Positions 6,314 to 19,286 of a stretch of 32,000 nt of DNA are shown piece after piece. The DNA is taken from positions 1,973,533 to 2,005,532 of the forward strand of contig NC_001263.1 of the NCBI RefSeq assembly GCF_000008565.1, in the 5' to 3' direction. Origin of the DNA: Deinococcus radiodurans R1 = ATCC 13939 = DSM 20539 (GTDB lineage Bacteria > Deinococcota > Deinococci > Deinococcales > Deinococcaceae). Made by a program: the position numbers and the translations under genes. The notes beneath the pieces were generated by a model that worked only from the letters and a program-made list of their open reading frames with translations, did no database searches and was not told the origin of the DNA. Numbering within the stretch: the first letter of the stretch is position 1; every line of letters begins with the position of its first letter.

Positions 6314-7513
6314 ATGTCTGAAAAAATTGTCATCGTGGCGGCCAAGCGCACGCCCATCGGCAGCTTCATGGGAAGCCTGAAAGACGTGTCGGCGGTCGAC
6401 CTCGGCGTCACGGCGGCGGGCGCAGTCCTGAGCGGCGTGAGCGACGAAGTGAAGGCCGACATTGCCGACGTCATCGTGGGCTGCGTGCTCCAGGCGGGCC
6501 AGGGCATGAACGTGGCGCGGCAGGTGGGGCGCGGCGCCGGGCTGCCCGACGCGGTGCCGGGACAGACCATCAACCGCATGTGCGGCAGTGGTTTGCAGTC
6601 GGTGGTGAGCGCCATTCAGGGCCTCAAGTCCGGCGACGGCCAGATTTACCTCGCGGGCGGCACCGAGTCCATGAGCCGCGCGCCCTACCTGCTCCCCAAG
6701 GCCCGTGAAGGCTACCGGCTGGGGCACGGCGAGATTCTCGACACCATCCTGACCGACGGCCTGACCGACGTGTTCCACAACTACCACATGGGCACGACCG
6801 CCGAGAACCTCGCCGAGAAATACGGCATTTCCCGTGAGGACCAGGACGCCTTCGCGCTCGAATCACAAAAGCGCGCCGCCGCCGCCATCGAAGGCGGATA
6901 CTTCGGCGACGAAGTGGTGCCGGTGGAAGTCCCGACCCGCAAGGGCCCGGTGACCTTCGACAAGGACGAGCACCCCCGCGCCACGTCGCTCGAAGCGCTC
7001 GCCAAGCTGCGGCCCGCCTTCAAGAAGGACGGCGGCACCGTCACGGCAGGCAACGCCAGCGGCATCAACGACGGCGCGGCGATGGTGCTCGTCACCACCG
7101 AGAGCTACGCGCAGGAACGCGGGCTGCCTATCCTGGCCGAGGTGAAGGGCTACTCGAACGTGGGCGTGGACCCGGCCATCATGGGTATCGGCCCGGCCTA
7201 CGCGGTGCCGCTGGCGGTCAAGCGGGCGGGGCTGTCGATGAGCGACGTGGACCTCTTCGAACTCAACGAAGCCTTCGCCGCGCAGAGCCTCGCCGTGCTG
7301 CGCGACCTGGGGCAGCAGGGGGCCGAGGTGGACCCCGCCCACGTCAACCTGACCGGCGGCGCGATTGCGCTGGGCCACCCCATCGGCGCGTCGGGTGCCC
7401 GCGTGCTGACCACGCTGATTCACCAGTTGCGCCGCACCGGCAAGGAAACCGGCGTGGCGAGCCTGTGCATCGGCGGCGGCATGGGGATTGCGCTGGTGTT
7501 GCAGGCCCGCTGA
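6314..7513 (+). CDS. acetyl-CoA C-acetyltransferase (thiolase II)
   Basis: 399 aa. Active-site Cys context [10 protein letters not shown]-terminal [17 protein letters not shown] and CIGGGMGIA motifs. TAAACT hexamer ends 6 nt before the ATG. Confidence 0.95.
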   Translation: MSEKIVIVAAKRTPIGSFMGSLKDVSAVDLGVTAAGAVLSGVSDEVKADIADVIVGCVLQAGQGMNVARQVGRGAGLPDAVPGQTINRMCGSGLQSVVSAIQGLKSGDGQIYLAGGTESMSRAPYLLPKAREGYRLGHGEILDTILTDGLTDVFHNYHMGTTAENLAEKYGISREDQDAFALESQKRAAAAIEGGYFGDEVVPVEVPTRKGPVTFDKDEHPRATSLEALAKLRPAFKKDGGTVTAGNASGINDGAAMVLVTTESYAQERGLPILAEVKGYSNVGVDPAIMGIGPAYAVPLAVKRAGLSMSDVDLFELNEAFAAQSLAVLRDLGQQGAEVDPAHVNLTGGAIALGHPIGASGARVLTTLIHQLRRTGKETGVASLCIGGGMGIALVLQAR

Positions 7514-7568
7514 CACCGACCCGCTTACACCGGGGGCGTAGAGCATTTGACATAAGAGTGCTTGGCGT

Positions 7569-7623
7569 TTTTGACCCTCTACCCTTGTGGGAGAGGGCCT
7601 TGCGCAGCAAGGGGTGAGGGGGT
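7569..7623 (+). repeat. small non-coding intergenic repeat, copy 2
   Basis: TTTTGACCCTCTACCCTTGTGGGAGAGGGCCTTGCGCAGCAAGGGGTGAGGGGGT. Hairpin 1 is CCCTCTACCC/GGGAGAGGG and hairpin 2 is CCTTGC-GCA-GCAAGG. Confidence 0.8.
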
Positions 7624-7636
7624 CTTTAAACAGGTA

Positions 7637-7675
7637 AGGGCGGAGGGGAACAGAATCCTCTCCGCCCTTCCTTTT
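7637..7675 (+). terminator. intrinsic terminator after the thiolase gene
   Basis: 9-bp stem AGGGCGGAG/CTCCGCCCT (7637-7645 / 7660-7668) followed by TCCTTTT. Confidence 0.7.
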
Positions 7676-7683
7676 GCCGCTGC

Positions 7684-7697
7684 ACCCTCTACCCTGT
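7684..7697 (+). repeat. solo left-arm fragment of the same repeat, immediately upstream of the ankyrin gene
   Basis: ACCCTCTACCCTGT compared with ACCCTCTACCCTTGT in copy 2. Confidence 0.45.
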
Positions 7698-7701
7698 CCC
7701 C

Positions 7702-8384
7702 ATGTCCGACGCCGTGACCACCCTTTTCACCGCCATTCACGCCAACAACCCCGAGGGCGTGCGCCTGCTGGTGCGGGCCGAGCCGGAACTCTTGCAAGCG
7801 CGCAGCCCGAGCGGCCTGTCGCCGGTCATGTTCGCGGCGTACTACCAGCGGCCTTACGTGCTCGACGTGCTGCTGGCGGCGGGCCCGGAACTGGACGTGT
7901 TCGAGGCGGCGGCGACGGGCCAGCCCCTACCGGAAGGAGCGGACGTGAACGCCTTCAACCCCGACGGCTTCACGCCCCTACACCTCGCCGCCATGTTCGG
8001 GCGCACGGAGGCGGCGCGGGCGCTGCTCGGCGGCGGGGCGGACCTGCACGCGCTGAGCCGCAACCCGCAGCGGCCTCTCCCCTGCACTCGGCGCTCGGCG
8101 GGCGACAGTGGGAGACGGCGCGGCTGCTGCTGGAGCAGGGCGCCGACTCGCACGCCGCGCAACCCGGCGGCTGGACCCCGCTGCTGCTGGCGGTGCGCGA
8201 GGGCGCGGCAGACCTGGTGGCCGAGTTGCTGACGCGGGGCGCCGACCCCCACGCCCGCACCAACGACGGCGAGAGCGCGGCGGACCTCGCGCGGGACAAC
8301 GAGCACGAGGGGCTGCTGCGGCAGTTCCCGGTGCTGGCCCAGGCGGGCACCGAGAGCCAGGACGCCCCACCTCGCCCAAACTGA
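7702..8384 (+). pseudogene. ankyrin-repeat protein interrupted by a single frameshift near 8068-8076 (or a sequencing error)
   Basis: The frame from 7702 reads ankyrin repeats up to GGGADLHALSRNPQ and then becomes R/C/W-rich. The neighbouring frame continues seamlessly with ASPLHSALGGRQWETARLLLEQGADSHAAQPGGWTPLLLAVREGAADLVAELLTRGADPHARTNDGESAADLA and stops at 8384. One missing base around cag-cgg-cc restores a 227-aa protein. Confidence 0.7.
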
Positions 8385-8461
8385 GCCGCAATTAACGATT
8401 CCACCGCAATCGGTAAGAAACTTCCAACCCACCGCCGCCGCCGAGCAGCCACAATGCCGGT

Positions 8462-8974
8462 ATGGACGAACTGAATAAAACCACGGCCACCGGCACCGTG
8501 ACCACCAACACCGACGCCGGAGCCGACAGCGCCCGCGACGTGCATCAGCCGATGTACACGACCACGCCGCTCGAAAGCCGCGTGAGTAGCTCCGACGAGG
8601 GCCTGGGCAGCGCCGTGTCGCCCGACATGCCTGATCCCGCCGCTGTCACCGAGCAATTTGACCAGCTCGCCACCCGCGACCCCGAAGCGATGGAGCACCG
8701 TCTCCAGACCCCGGAATTCGCTGGGGCCGAGACGACGGCGGGCCTCGTTGACGGCGCAGCGGGCAGCGTGCTCGGCGCCAACGACCTCGCCTTGATGACC
8801 ACCGCCGACGGACTTTCGGGCACCGCCGTGGGCCGTGAAGTCGGCCTGAACCGCGACCCCAACGCGGGCTACACCGCCCCCGCCCTCAGCGGCCCGCCCC
8901 ACGTCAGCGAGCAGCCTGGCGACCTGCCCCCCGGCGAATCCGAGGAGCTCAAGTCGCAGATCGAAAACCGCTGA
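8462..8974 (+). CDS. hypothetical acidic, T/A/G/D/P-rich, probably disordered protein
   Basis: 170-aa ORF. CACAAT hexamer ends 6 nt before the ATG and a strong hairpin terminator follows the stop. No recognisable domain. Confidence 0.5.
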   Translation: MDELNKTTATGTVTTNTDAGADSARDVHQPMYTTTPLESRVSSSDEGLGSAVSPDMPDPAAVTEQFDQLATRDPEAMEHRLQTPEFAGAETTAGLVDGAAGSVLGANDLALMTTADGLSGTAVGREVGLNRDPNAGYTAPALSGPPHVSEQPGDLPPGESEELKSQIENR

Positions 8975-8983
8975 TTCTTCAAC

Positions 8984-9027
8984 AAAATGCCGCCTGCCTG
9001 GGAAATCCCGGTGCAGGCGGCGTTTTA
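8984..9027. terminator. bidirectional terminator between the convergent 8462-8974 gene and pilT
   Basis: Perfect 9-bp stem GCCGCCTGC/GCAGGCGGC (8989-8997 / 9013-9021), flanked by AAAAT on the left and GTTTTA on the right. Confidence 0.8.
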
Positions 9028-9036
9028 TTGCTCGGC

Positions 9037-10299
<1,263 letters not shown>

Positions 10300-10361
10300 G
10301 GGTCAGCTTTCCTTTTTGCTTTTGCTCTCTGGAATCGGCTTCTCTGGACGCGGCAGGCGCC

Positions 10362-13025
<2,664 letters not shown>

Positions 13026-13204
13026 GTTTCATCCCTCCAGCCGTCCTGCCTGCCACCACTGCACAGGCGGGTCGAAAATAGTCGAGGAACAGGGTAAGCC
13101 CCCGCTTGTCACAACTTTATGCCGCAGGGAACACAGTGCCGCCACTTGGCCTGTAGGGAGGTGGCGCTAGCTTACAAAGAGCGGCTGAACCAGAGCTAGA
13201 GGCG

Positions 13205-13729
13205 TTACCCCGCTCCCTTGCGGGGGTGGCGCGGCTGCCAGTCGTGGCCGTAGCGCCCAAGTACTTGCCGCTCCAGCCGCCGGGTCAGGCGGGTATGCGG
13301 CAGGGCGTTGTCGATCAGCGGCTCGACCAGCACCGTGTGCATCCCCGCCAGGTTGCCGCCCAGCACGTCGGTGAACAATTGGTCGCCCACCATCGCCACC
13401 TGCGGTGCAGGCAGACCGAGCACCTCCAACGCCCGGCGAAAGGCGCGGGGATTGGGCTTGCCTGCCATGCCCACGCCGTCGAAGCCCAGTTTCGGCAGCC
13501 AGAAGGCGGCGCGTTTGGCGGTGGCGTTGCTCAGCAGGTAGAGCCGGATGCCCGCGCCGCGCAGGTCGGCGGCCCAGGCGATTATTTCGGCGGCGTCCTC
13601 GTAACTCTTGTACGGAATCAGTGTGTTGTCGAGGTCGAGCACCAGCCCGCGCAGGCCCCGCGCCGCCAGAAACTCGGGCGTGATCTGCGAGACGTGCGCG
13701 ATGAGGTCGTCGGGCCGCAGCAGGCTCAT
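13205..13729 (-). CDS. YqeG-family HAD-IIIA phosphatase
   Basis: LVLDLDNTLIPY (DxD nucleophile motif), LLSNA, and GDQLFTDVLGGN. The ATG overlaps the pgeF stop (ATGA). Confidence 0.85.
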   Translation of the reverse strand: MSLLRPDDLIAHVSQITPEFLAARGLRGLVLDLDNTLIPYKSYEDAAEIIAWAADLRGAGIRLYLLSNATAKRAAFWLPKLGFDGVGMAGKPNPRAFRRALEVLGLPAPQVAMVGDQLFTDVLGGNLAGMHTVLVEPLIDNALPHTRLTRRLERQVLGRYGHDWQPRHPRKGAG

Positions 13730-14487
13730 GCGCGCGCCTCCCCGGTCTGCCCTTCCCTACGCGGCAGGCCGATGACCGCCCACATCCGCCCGGTTTGCCC
13801 CGCGTCGCGGCGGTAGGAATAGAAGTCGGCCTCGGTGGAGCAGCGCCCGCTGACCCAGAGGTCGCCCACTCCGGCTCCTTCCAGCAGGGCGCGGTTGGCC
13901 CCGGCGAGGTCGAGGTGCGTGCGGCCTTCCCGCTCCAGCACCCACTCGCCCAGTCCGGCGGCACGGAACTGCGCGGCCACGTCCTCCCCCACTTCGTACT
14001 GCTCGCCGCAGATACCGGGGCCGACGGCGGCGTGAATCCGCTCGGGGCGGGCGCCGAGGTTCACCATCTGCTCGACTGTCCGCTGCCCGATGCGCCCCAC
14101 CGTGCCCTTCCAGCCCGCGTGCGCTGCGCCGATGACGCCTGCTTCCGGGTCCGCGAGCAGCAGCGGGTAGCAGTCCGCCGTGCCGATGGCGAGCAGCACG
14201 CCAGGGGTGGCCGTCACCAGCGCGTCGCCTTCCCAGAACCCCGGCGCCTGCGCGTGAACGACCTGCACGCCGTGGACCTGATTCAGCCGGGCAAAATCGT
14301 CCGCCGCGAACCCGAGCGCCGCCGCGAGCCGGGCGCGGTTTTCGGCCACCGGGCGCGGGTCGTCACTGCGGTCGTCCAGATTGAGGCCCGCATACGGCCC
14401 CGCCGAAACGCCGCCCGCGCGGGTGGTAAAGGCGTGGGGCACGGCGAGGTTCGGTGCGCGCAGCAGCGGAAGGCCGGGGGCAGTCAT
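13726..14487 (-). CDS. pgeF: YfiH/PgeF family (DUF152) purine nucleoside phosphorylase / peptidoglycan editing factor
   Basis: FTTRAGGVS, NQVHG, TADCYPLLL, AHAGWKG and YSYRR motifs. Start set at ATG 14487 (TACACT ends 7 nt upstream). The remaining 424 aa of the 677-aa ORF-track frame are antisense to fabI and rejected. Confidence 0.9.
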   Translation of the reverse strand: MTAPGLPLLRAPNLAVPHAFTTRAGGVSAGPYAGLNLDDRSDDPRPVAENRARLAAALGFAADDFARLNQVHGVQVVHAQAPGFWEGDALVTATPGVLLAIGTADCYPLLLADPEAGVIGAAHAGWKGTVGRIGQRTVEQMVNLGARPERIHAAVGPGICGEQYEVGEDVAAQFRAAGLGEWVLEREGRTHLDLAGANRALLEGAGVGDLWVSGRCSTEADFYSYRRDAGQTGRMWAVIGLPRREGQTGEARA

Positions 14488-14580
14488 TGTCCAGAGTGTA
14501 GCGGTCCAGAGTGGAGCGCGGCGGCGCGGCTTGAACCCGCTCCAAGCATCTGAACCCCGCCACGCGTTAGAGTCGCCCGC

Positions 14581-15375
14581 ATGAGTGTGACGATTGACCT
14601 TTCGGGCAAAACAGCGTTGGTGATGGGCGTGGCGAATGCCCGCAGCCTGGGCTGGGCGATTGCTGAGCAACTCCTGCAAGCGGGCTGCCGCGTGGGCTTT
14701 TCCTACCAGGGCGAGCGCCTGAAAGGTGAGCTGGAAAAACTGACGAAAGACTGGCCGAACACCTGGATTCAACAGGCCGACGCGACCAGCGAAGAAGACA
14801 TGGACGCGCTGTTTGCCCGCGTGAAAGACGAGTTCAGCGAGCTGCACCTGCTCGTGCACTCCATCGGCTTCGCGCCGCGCACCGCGATGGACGGGCGCTT
14901 TATTGACACCACCGCTGACGACTGGAACACCGCGCTCAACGTCAGCGCCTACACCCTGGTCGCCGCCGCCCGCCGCGCCGAGCCGCTGATGCCCGACGGC
15001 GGCTCCATCATCAGCCTGACCTACCACGCCTCGCAGCAGGTGGTGCCCCGGTACAACGTGATGGGTGTGGCCAAGGCCGCCCTCGAAGCCGCCACCCGTT
15101 ACCTCGCCGCCGACCTCGGTGAGCGCGAGATTCGCGTGAACACCATCAGCGCCGGGCCGATGCGGACCATCGCCGCCCGCTCGATTCCTCATTTCGGCAA
15201 GCTCTACAACAAGGGGGCCATGAACGCCGCTTTCGGGCGCAACGCCACCTCCGAGGAAGTCGGCAAGCTCGCGCTGTTCCTGCTCTCCGACCTCAGCAGC
15301 GGCATCACCGGGCAGACCATCTATGTGGACGCGGGCCTGAGCATCATGACCGTGAAGGAAACCGCCGAGGACTGA
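14581..15375 (+). CDS. fabI: enoyl-[acyl-carrier-protein] reductase (NADH) FabI
   Basis: GKTALVMGVANARSLGW, SIGFAP, YNVMGVAKAALEA (Tyr-x6-Lys catalytic pair) and ISAGPMRT. Confidence 0.95.
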   Translation: MSVTIDLSGKTALVMGVANARSLGWAIAEQLLQAGCRVGFSYQGERLKGELEKLTKDWPNTWIQQADATSEEDMDALFARVKDEFSELHLLVHSIGFAPRTAMDGRFIDTTADDWNTALNVSAYTLVAAARRAEPLMPDGGSIISLTYHASQQVVPRYNVMGVAKAALEAATRYLAADLGEREIRVNTISAGPMRTIAARSIPHFGKLYNKGAMNAAFGRNATSEEVGKLALFLLSDLSSGITGQTIYVDAGLSIMTVKETAED

Positions 15376-15392
15376 TACGGCTTTAAATTGAG

Positions 15393-15420
15393 TCCCGGAC
15401 ATGTCCGGGGGCAATTTTTC
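15393..15420 (+). terminator. fabI terminator
   Basis: 16-nt perfect palindrome CCCGGACATGTCCGGG (15394-15409) followed by GGCAATTTTT. Confidence 0.7.
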
Positions 15421-15532
15421 GCGGAGCGCATAGAAAAAATACGGCTTTAAGGAGATGGACGGGCATCCGGCGCCTCTTCCGGATGTTCGGGAATCGGATG
15501 AAAACCGTATGACGCTGGGCGCCGGCAACACG

Positions 15533-15573
15533 AAAAAGCAGGACCGGCACACTGTTGTCCGGTCCTGCTTTTC
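15533..15573. terminator. bidirectional terminator next to the nitroreductase stop
   Basis: 11-bp stem AGCAGGACCGG/CCGGTCCTGCT (15537-15547 / 15559-15569), flanked by AAAAA and TTTT. Confidence 0.8.
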
Positions 15574-15583
15574 GCTGAAAGGC

Positions 15584-16222
15584 TCAGTAGAACTTGGCGA
15601 CCCGCTCCACGCTGTGGCGGTGGTGAGGGTAGCCTTCCTCGGCCCGCTTGCCGAGGGGCAGAATCCCGGCGAACTGCACGTGCTCGGGCAGGTCCAGAAT
15701 CTGGCGCACCTTGCCTTGGTCGAAGCCCAGCATCGGCACGGTATCGTAGCCCAGCCCACGCGCGGCGAGCATCAGGAACCCGAAGGCAATGTTGGCCTGG
15801 GTCAACCCCCACTGCCCACGCTGCGCGGTGTCCTGCGCCCCGAAAGCGCCGTCGAACGTCGCCCGCTGCTGGGTGCGGCCCGCGTCGCCGAGGCCAGGGT
15901 GGGCGGTGTCTTCCGCCGTTTGCAGGGTGTCTTCCATGTCGCTGTAGATAACAATCACGGCGGGCGCGCTCGTCACCTGGGGCTGACCGTAGGCGGCTTC
16001 GCGCAGTTGCTCCTTGAGTTCGGGGGTCTGCACCACCGCAAAGCGCCAGGTCTGGGCGTTCCAGGCGCTCGGCGCGAGGCTGGCGAGGCGCAGGATCTCG
16101 CGCAGGTCGTCCTGGTTCAGGGGTTCTTGCACGAACTGGCGAATGCTGCGCCGGCTTTCGATGGCTTCGGTCATGCTCAGCGGGCGCTGGGTGGCGGCGG
16201 GGGGCGTCTGGGTCGCAGTCAT
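15584..16222 (-). CDS. NAD(P)H nitroreductase family protein
   Basis: [26 protein letters not shown] and PLG motifs. I prefer ATG 16222 (TTGACT-17 bp-TAACTT-7 nt-ATG) over the TTG at 16231 given by the ORF track. Confidence 0.85.
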   Translation of the reverse strand: MTATQTPPAATQRPLSMTEAIESRRSIRQFVQEPLNQDDLREILRLASLAPSAWNAQTWRFAVVQTPELKEQLREAAYGQPQVTSAPAVIVIYSDMEDTLQTAEDTAHPGLGDAGRTQQRATFDGAFGAQDTAQRGQWGLTQANIAFGFLMLAARGLGYDTVPMLGFDQGKVRQILDLPEHVQFAGILPLGKRAEEGYPHHRHSVERVAKFY

Positions 16223-16229
16223 GGGCGAC

Positions 16230-16258
16230 AAGTTAGGTCAACCGCTTTAAAAAGTCAA
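16230..16258 (-). promoter_or_regulatory. nitroreductase promoter TTGACT-17 bp-TAACTT, 7 nt before the ATG (leaderless-type)
   Basis: Hexamers read on the minus strand at 16258-16253 and 16235-16230. Confidence 0.5.
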
Positions 16259-16298
16259 GCACTCTGGTTTTCGCCATACTTTGTGCTCCGTCACGGTG

Positions 16299-16302
16299 TA
16301 AG

Positions 16303-16304
<2 letters not shown>
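16299..16304 (+). promoter_or_regulatory. -10 hexamer TAAGAT, 7 nt before ATG 16312 of the HxlR-family gene
   Basis: The hexamer overlaps the first in-frame ATG (16303), which argues that 16312 is the real, leaderless start. Confidence 0.4.
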
Positions 16305-16662
<358 letters not shown>

Positions 16663-16677
16663 GAGCACCCCATCAAA

Positions 16678-16717
16678 GAAGCGGAGGAGGCCCCATCACC
16701 GGGACTTCCTCCGCTTC
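16678..16717. terminator. shared hairpin between the convergent hxlR-like and gre-family genes
   Basis: Perfect 11-bp stem GAAGCGGAGGA/TCCTCCGCTTC. The U-tracts are poor, so efficiency is uncertain. Confidence 0.6.
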
Positions 16718-16732
16718 ACATCGTTTTGCCGG

Positions 16733-17218
16733 TCAGTACTCGATGCCCTTGACCTTGTACTTCATCTGCTTGCCGCCTTCGAGGGTGACCACGAACGACT
16801 CGCCCTTCTTGCGGCCCATCAGTTCACGGCCCACCGGGCTTTCCTCGCTGATGCGGGTGATGGAGCCGCCGACCATCGCGGCCTCGGCGGCGCTCACGAC
16901 CTGCACCTTCATGTCCTTTTTGCTCGTCTCGTTGGAGAGCTGCACGATGGCGCCGAGTTCGACGCGCCCGCCATTTTCCTGGTCTTCGATGAGGGTGGCG
17001 CGGGCGAGCGTGTCTTCAAGCTCGTCGATGCGGGCCTCGATGTTCATCTTCTCGCGCTTGGCGTCTTCGAGGCCGGTGTCTTCGTTGTCGGCGCTGGTTT
17101 CCATCTGCTCTTGCAGGATGCGGGTGGCCTCGTTCAGGCGGTTCTGCTCCTGCTCCAGCGCCTTTTCGAGACGCTCGAAGCCTTCGCGGGTGAGTCTGAC
17201 TTGCTTGGTCTGGGTCAC
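16733..17218 (-). CDS. Gre-family transcription factor (GreA/Gfh-like)
   Basis: [22 protein letters not shown] coiled coil and C-terminal [21 protein letters not shown] GreA/B domain. Start set at GTG 17218 because AAGGAG lies 7 nt upstream. The ORF-track ATG at 17281 adds 21 residues with no Shine-Dalgarno. Confidence 0.8.
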   Translation of the reverse strand: MTQTKQVRLTREGFERLEKALEQEQNRLNEATRILQEQMETSADNEDTGLEDAKREKMNIEARIDELEDTLARATLIEDQENGGRVELGAIVQLSNETSKKDMKVQVVSAAEAAMVGGSITRISEESPVGRELMGRKKGESFVVTLEGGKQMKYKVKGIEY

Positions 17219-17303
17219 TTCGGTGCTCCTTACGGTGGCTGCCTCGGCGGGGCCACTGGGTGCGGCAAATGGGTAAGTCATGCGGAACTAGAATTCGCCG
17301 CGC

Positions 17304-17332
17304 ATTCTGCCACAGCCCCGCAACGCTGACAA
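17304..17332 (-). promoter_or_regulatory. candidate gre-family gene promoter TTGTCA-17 bp-CAGAAT, bracketed by a 7-bp inverted repeat
   Basis: Minus-strand hexamers at 17332-17327 and 17309-17304. GCGCATT (17300-06) and AATGCGC (17331-37) embrace both hexamers. Confidence 0.35.
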
Positions 17333-17413
17333 TGCGCTGGAAAGACAGGAGCAGGGCCGGAAGACGCGCTGAAGCCCTCGCCAGCCCCGGCCCGCTTGCT
17401 ACCCTGCCTCCCG

Positions 17414-18598
17414 ATGTCTGTCGCCGAGCCTGCCCCCGCGCCGCTTTCCTCACCACCGCTGGCCCCGCCGCCCCAGCCCCTCACCTTTGCCGTGGTCGGT
17501 GCCGGCGCCGTGGCTTTTTTGTGTCTGGGAGTGTTGCAGGCAATTTATGGCCCGGCGTTTCCTGCCTTCGAGGAGCGCTTCGGGGTGGTGACGGCGCGGG
17601 TCGGCCTGATTGCCAGTGCCCACTTCATCGGGTCGGCGGCGGCGCCTCCGCTCGCGGGACTGCTGCTCGCGCGGCTGGGCGTGGGGCGGGTGGTCGGCGG
17701 GGCCTTTACGCTGCTTGCCGCCGGGGCGCTGTTGGTCGCTGCCGCCCCAACCTGGCCGCTTGCACTGCTGGGCGCGCTGCTCGGCGGACTGGGCCTGGGT
17801 GGAGTCTCGGGGGCACTGAATGCCGCCTACGCGGGCGTCGGCACCCGCGCCATCAATTTCGTCAATGCGCTGTTCGGGGTGGGCAGCATGCTCGCACCGC
17901 TACTCCTCGCACTCACCGCGCGGCAGGCGGGGTCTCCAGGAGGTGGACTGCCGCTCGCGTTCGTGACGATTGCCGTGCTGGCGGGCTTGAGCCTGCTCGC
18001 CGCCCGGCTGTGGGGGCTGCCCCGGCTGTTGCAGGACACCGGCACGGAAAGCAGTCAGGCCCGCCGCAGCACCCTGGCGCTGTTTGCTGGTTTGCTGCTG
18101 CTGTACGTGGGCGTCGAAGTCGGGTCGGGCGCCTGGGCGGCCAATTACCTCGGCGCGGTGGGGCACGCCAGCCCGGCGCTGGTGGTGAGTGCCTACTGGG
18201 GCGGCCTGACCGTTTCGCGGGTGCTCACCAGTCTGTTTGCCAGCCACGTCGCGCCGGGGCGGCTGGTGCTGGGGGCGGCGCTGCTCGCGGCGGTCGGGTC
18301 AGCGCTCACGGCGCTGCCCGCGCTCGCGCCCTTCGCTTATGTCCTGGTCGGCGTCGCCTGCGGGCCTATCTTTCCTACCACGCTCGCCTGGGCGGCCCGG
18401 CGCATTCCGGCGCGGCTCGTCGCCTCGCTGCTGGTCAGCGGCAGCGTGGGCGGCGTCCTGATGCCCTGGCTGCTGGGGTTGGGCTTCACCGGGGCGGGAA
18501 GCTGGGCGGTGCCCGCGCTGCTCACGGGGGCGGCGGCGCTGCTCGCGGTGCTCGTCGCGCTTACGCTGCGGCGGGTGGGGCCGGGGCTGGAAGGCTGA
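17414..18598 (+). CDS. MFS transporter
   Basis: About 12 hydrophobic segments and glycine-rich loops typical of the major facilitator superfamily. The 470-aa ORF in another frame of the same strand is R/A/G-rich. ATG 17414 preferred over TTG 17396. Confidence 0.8.
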   Translation: MSVAEPAPAPLSSPPLAPPPQPLTFAVVGAGAVAFLCLGVLQAIYGPAFPAFEERFGVVTARVGLIASAHFIGSAAAPPLAGLLLARLGVGRVVGGAFTLLAAGALLVAAAPTWPLALLGALLGGLGLGGVSGALNAAYAGVGTRAINFVNALFGVGSMLAPLLLALTARQAGSPGGGLPLAFVTIAVLAGLSLLAARLWGLPRLLQDTGTESSQARRSTLALFAGLLLLYVGVEVGSGAWAANYLGAVGHASPALVVSAYWGGLTVSRVLTSLFASHVAPGRLVLGAALLAAVGSALTALPALAPFAYVLVGVACGPIFPTTLAWAARRIPARLVASLLVSGSVGGVLMPWLLGLGFTGAGSWAVPALLTGAAALLAVLVALTLRRVGPGLEG

Positions 18599-18664
18599 GC
18601 AGCCGGGACTCGGCAACTCCCCCGCCCCCTTCCCCCCCTGGCCCACTTTCCCCTCCCGGAGCCG

Positions 18665-18671
18665 TGCGATA

Positions 18672-18673
<2 letters not shown>
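18665..18673 (+). promoter_or_regulatory. extended -10 TGcGATAAT in front of clpP
   Basis: It ends 7 nt before ATG 18681 and overlaps ATG 18672. Confidence 0.45.

Positions 18674-19282
<609 letters not shown>

Positions 19283-19286
<4 letters not shown>

Noticed and set aside
7674-8070. Upstream part of the 236-aa ORF (7674-8384)
   Set aside because: Only its C-terminal half (from about 8075) reads as ankyrin repeats. The N-terminal half is R/P/G-rich and overlaps the genuine ankyrin frame starting at 7702. I interpret this as a frameshift junction rather than a separate gene.
13168-13199. Inverted repeat CTAGCT...AGCTAG downstream of the HAD phosphatase gene
   Set aside because: It is a 6-bp stem with a 20-nt loop and no U-tract on the relevant strand, so it is not a convincing terminator or operator.
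15446-15460. AAGGAG followed directly by ATG (start of the 286-aa ORF 15455-16315)
   Set aside because: There is no spacing between the Shine-Dalgarno-like sequence and the ATG. The ORF runs through a terminator and is then antisense to the nitroreductase gene.
14488-15759. N-terminal 424 aa of the 677-aa minus-strand ORF that ends as pgeF
   Set aside because: This part is antisense to fabI and crosses two terminator hairpins and an intergenic region. PgeF homology begins only at MTAPGLPLLRAPN (ATG 14487), which has its own -10 element.
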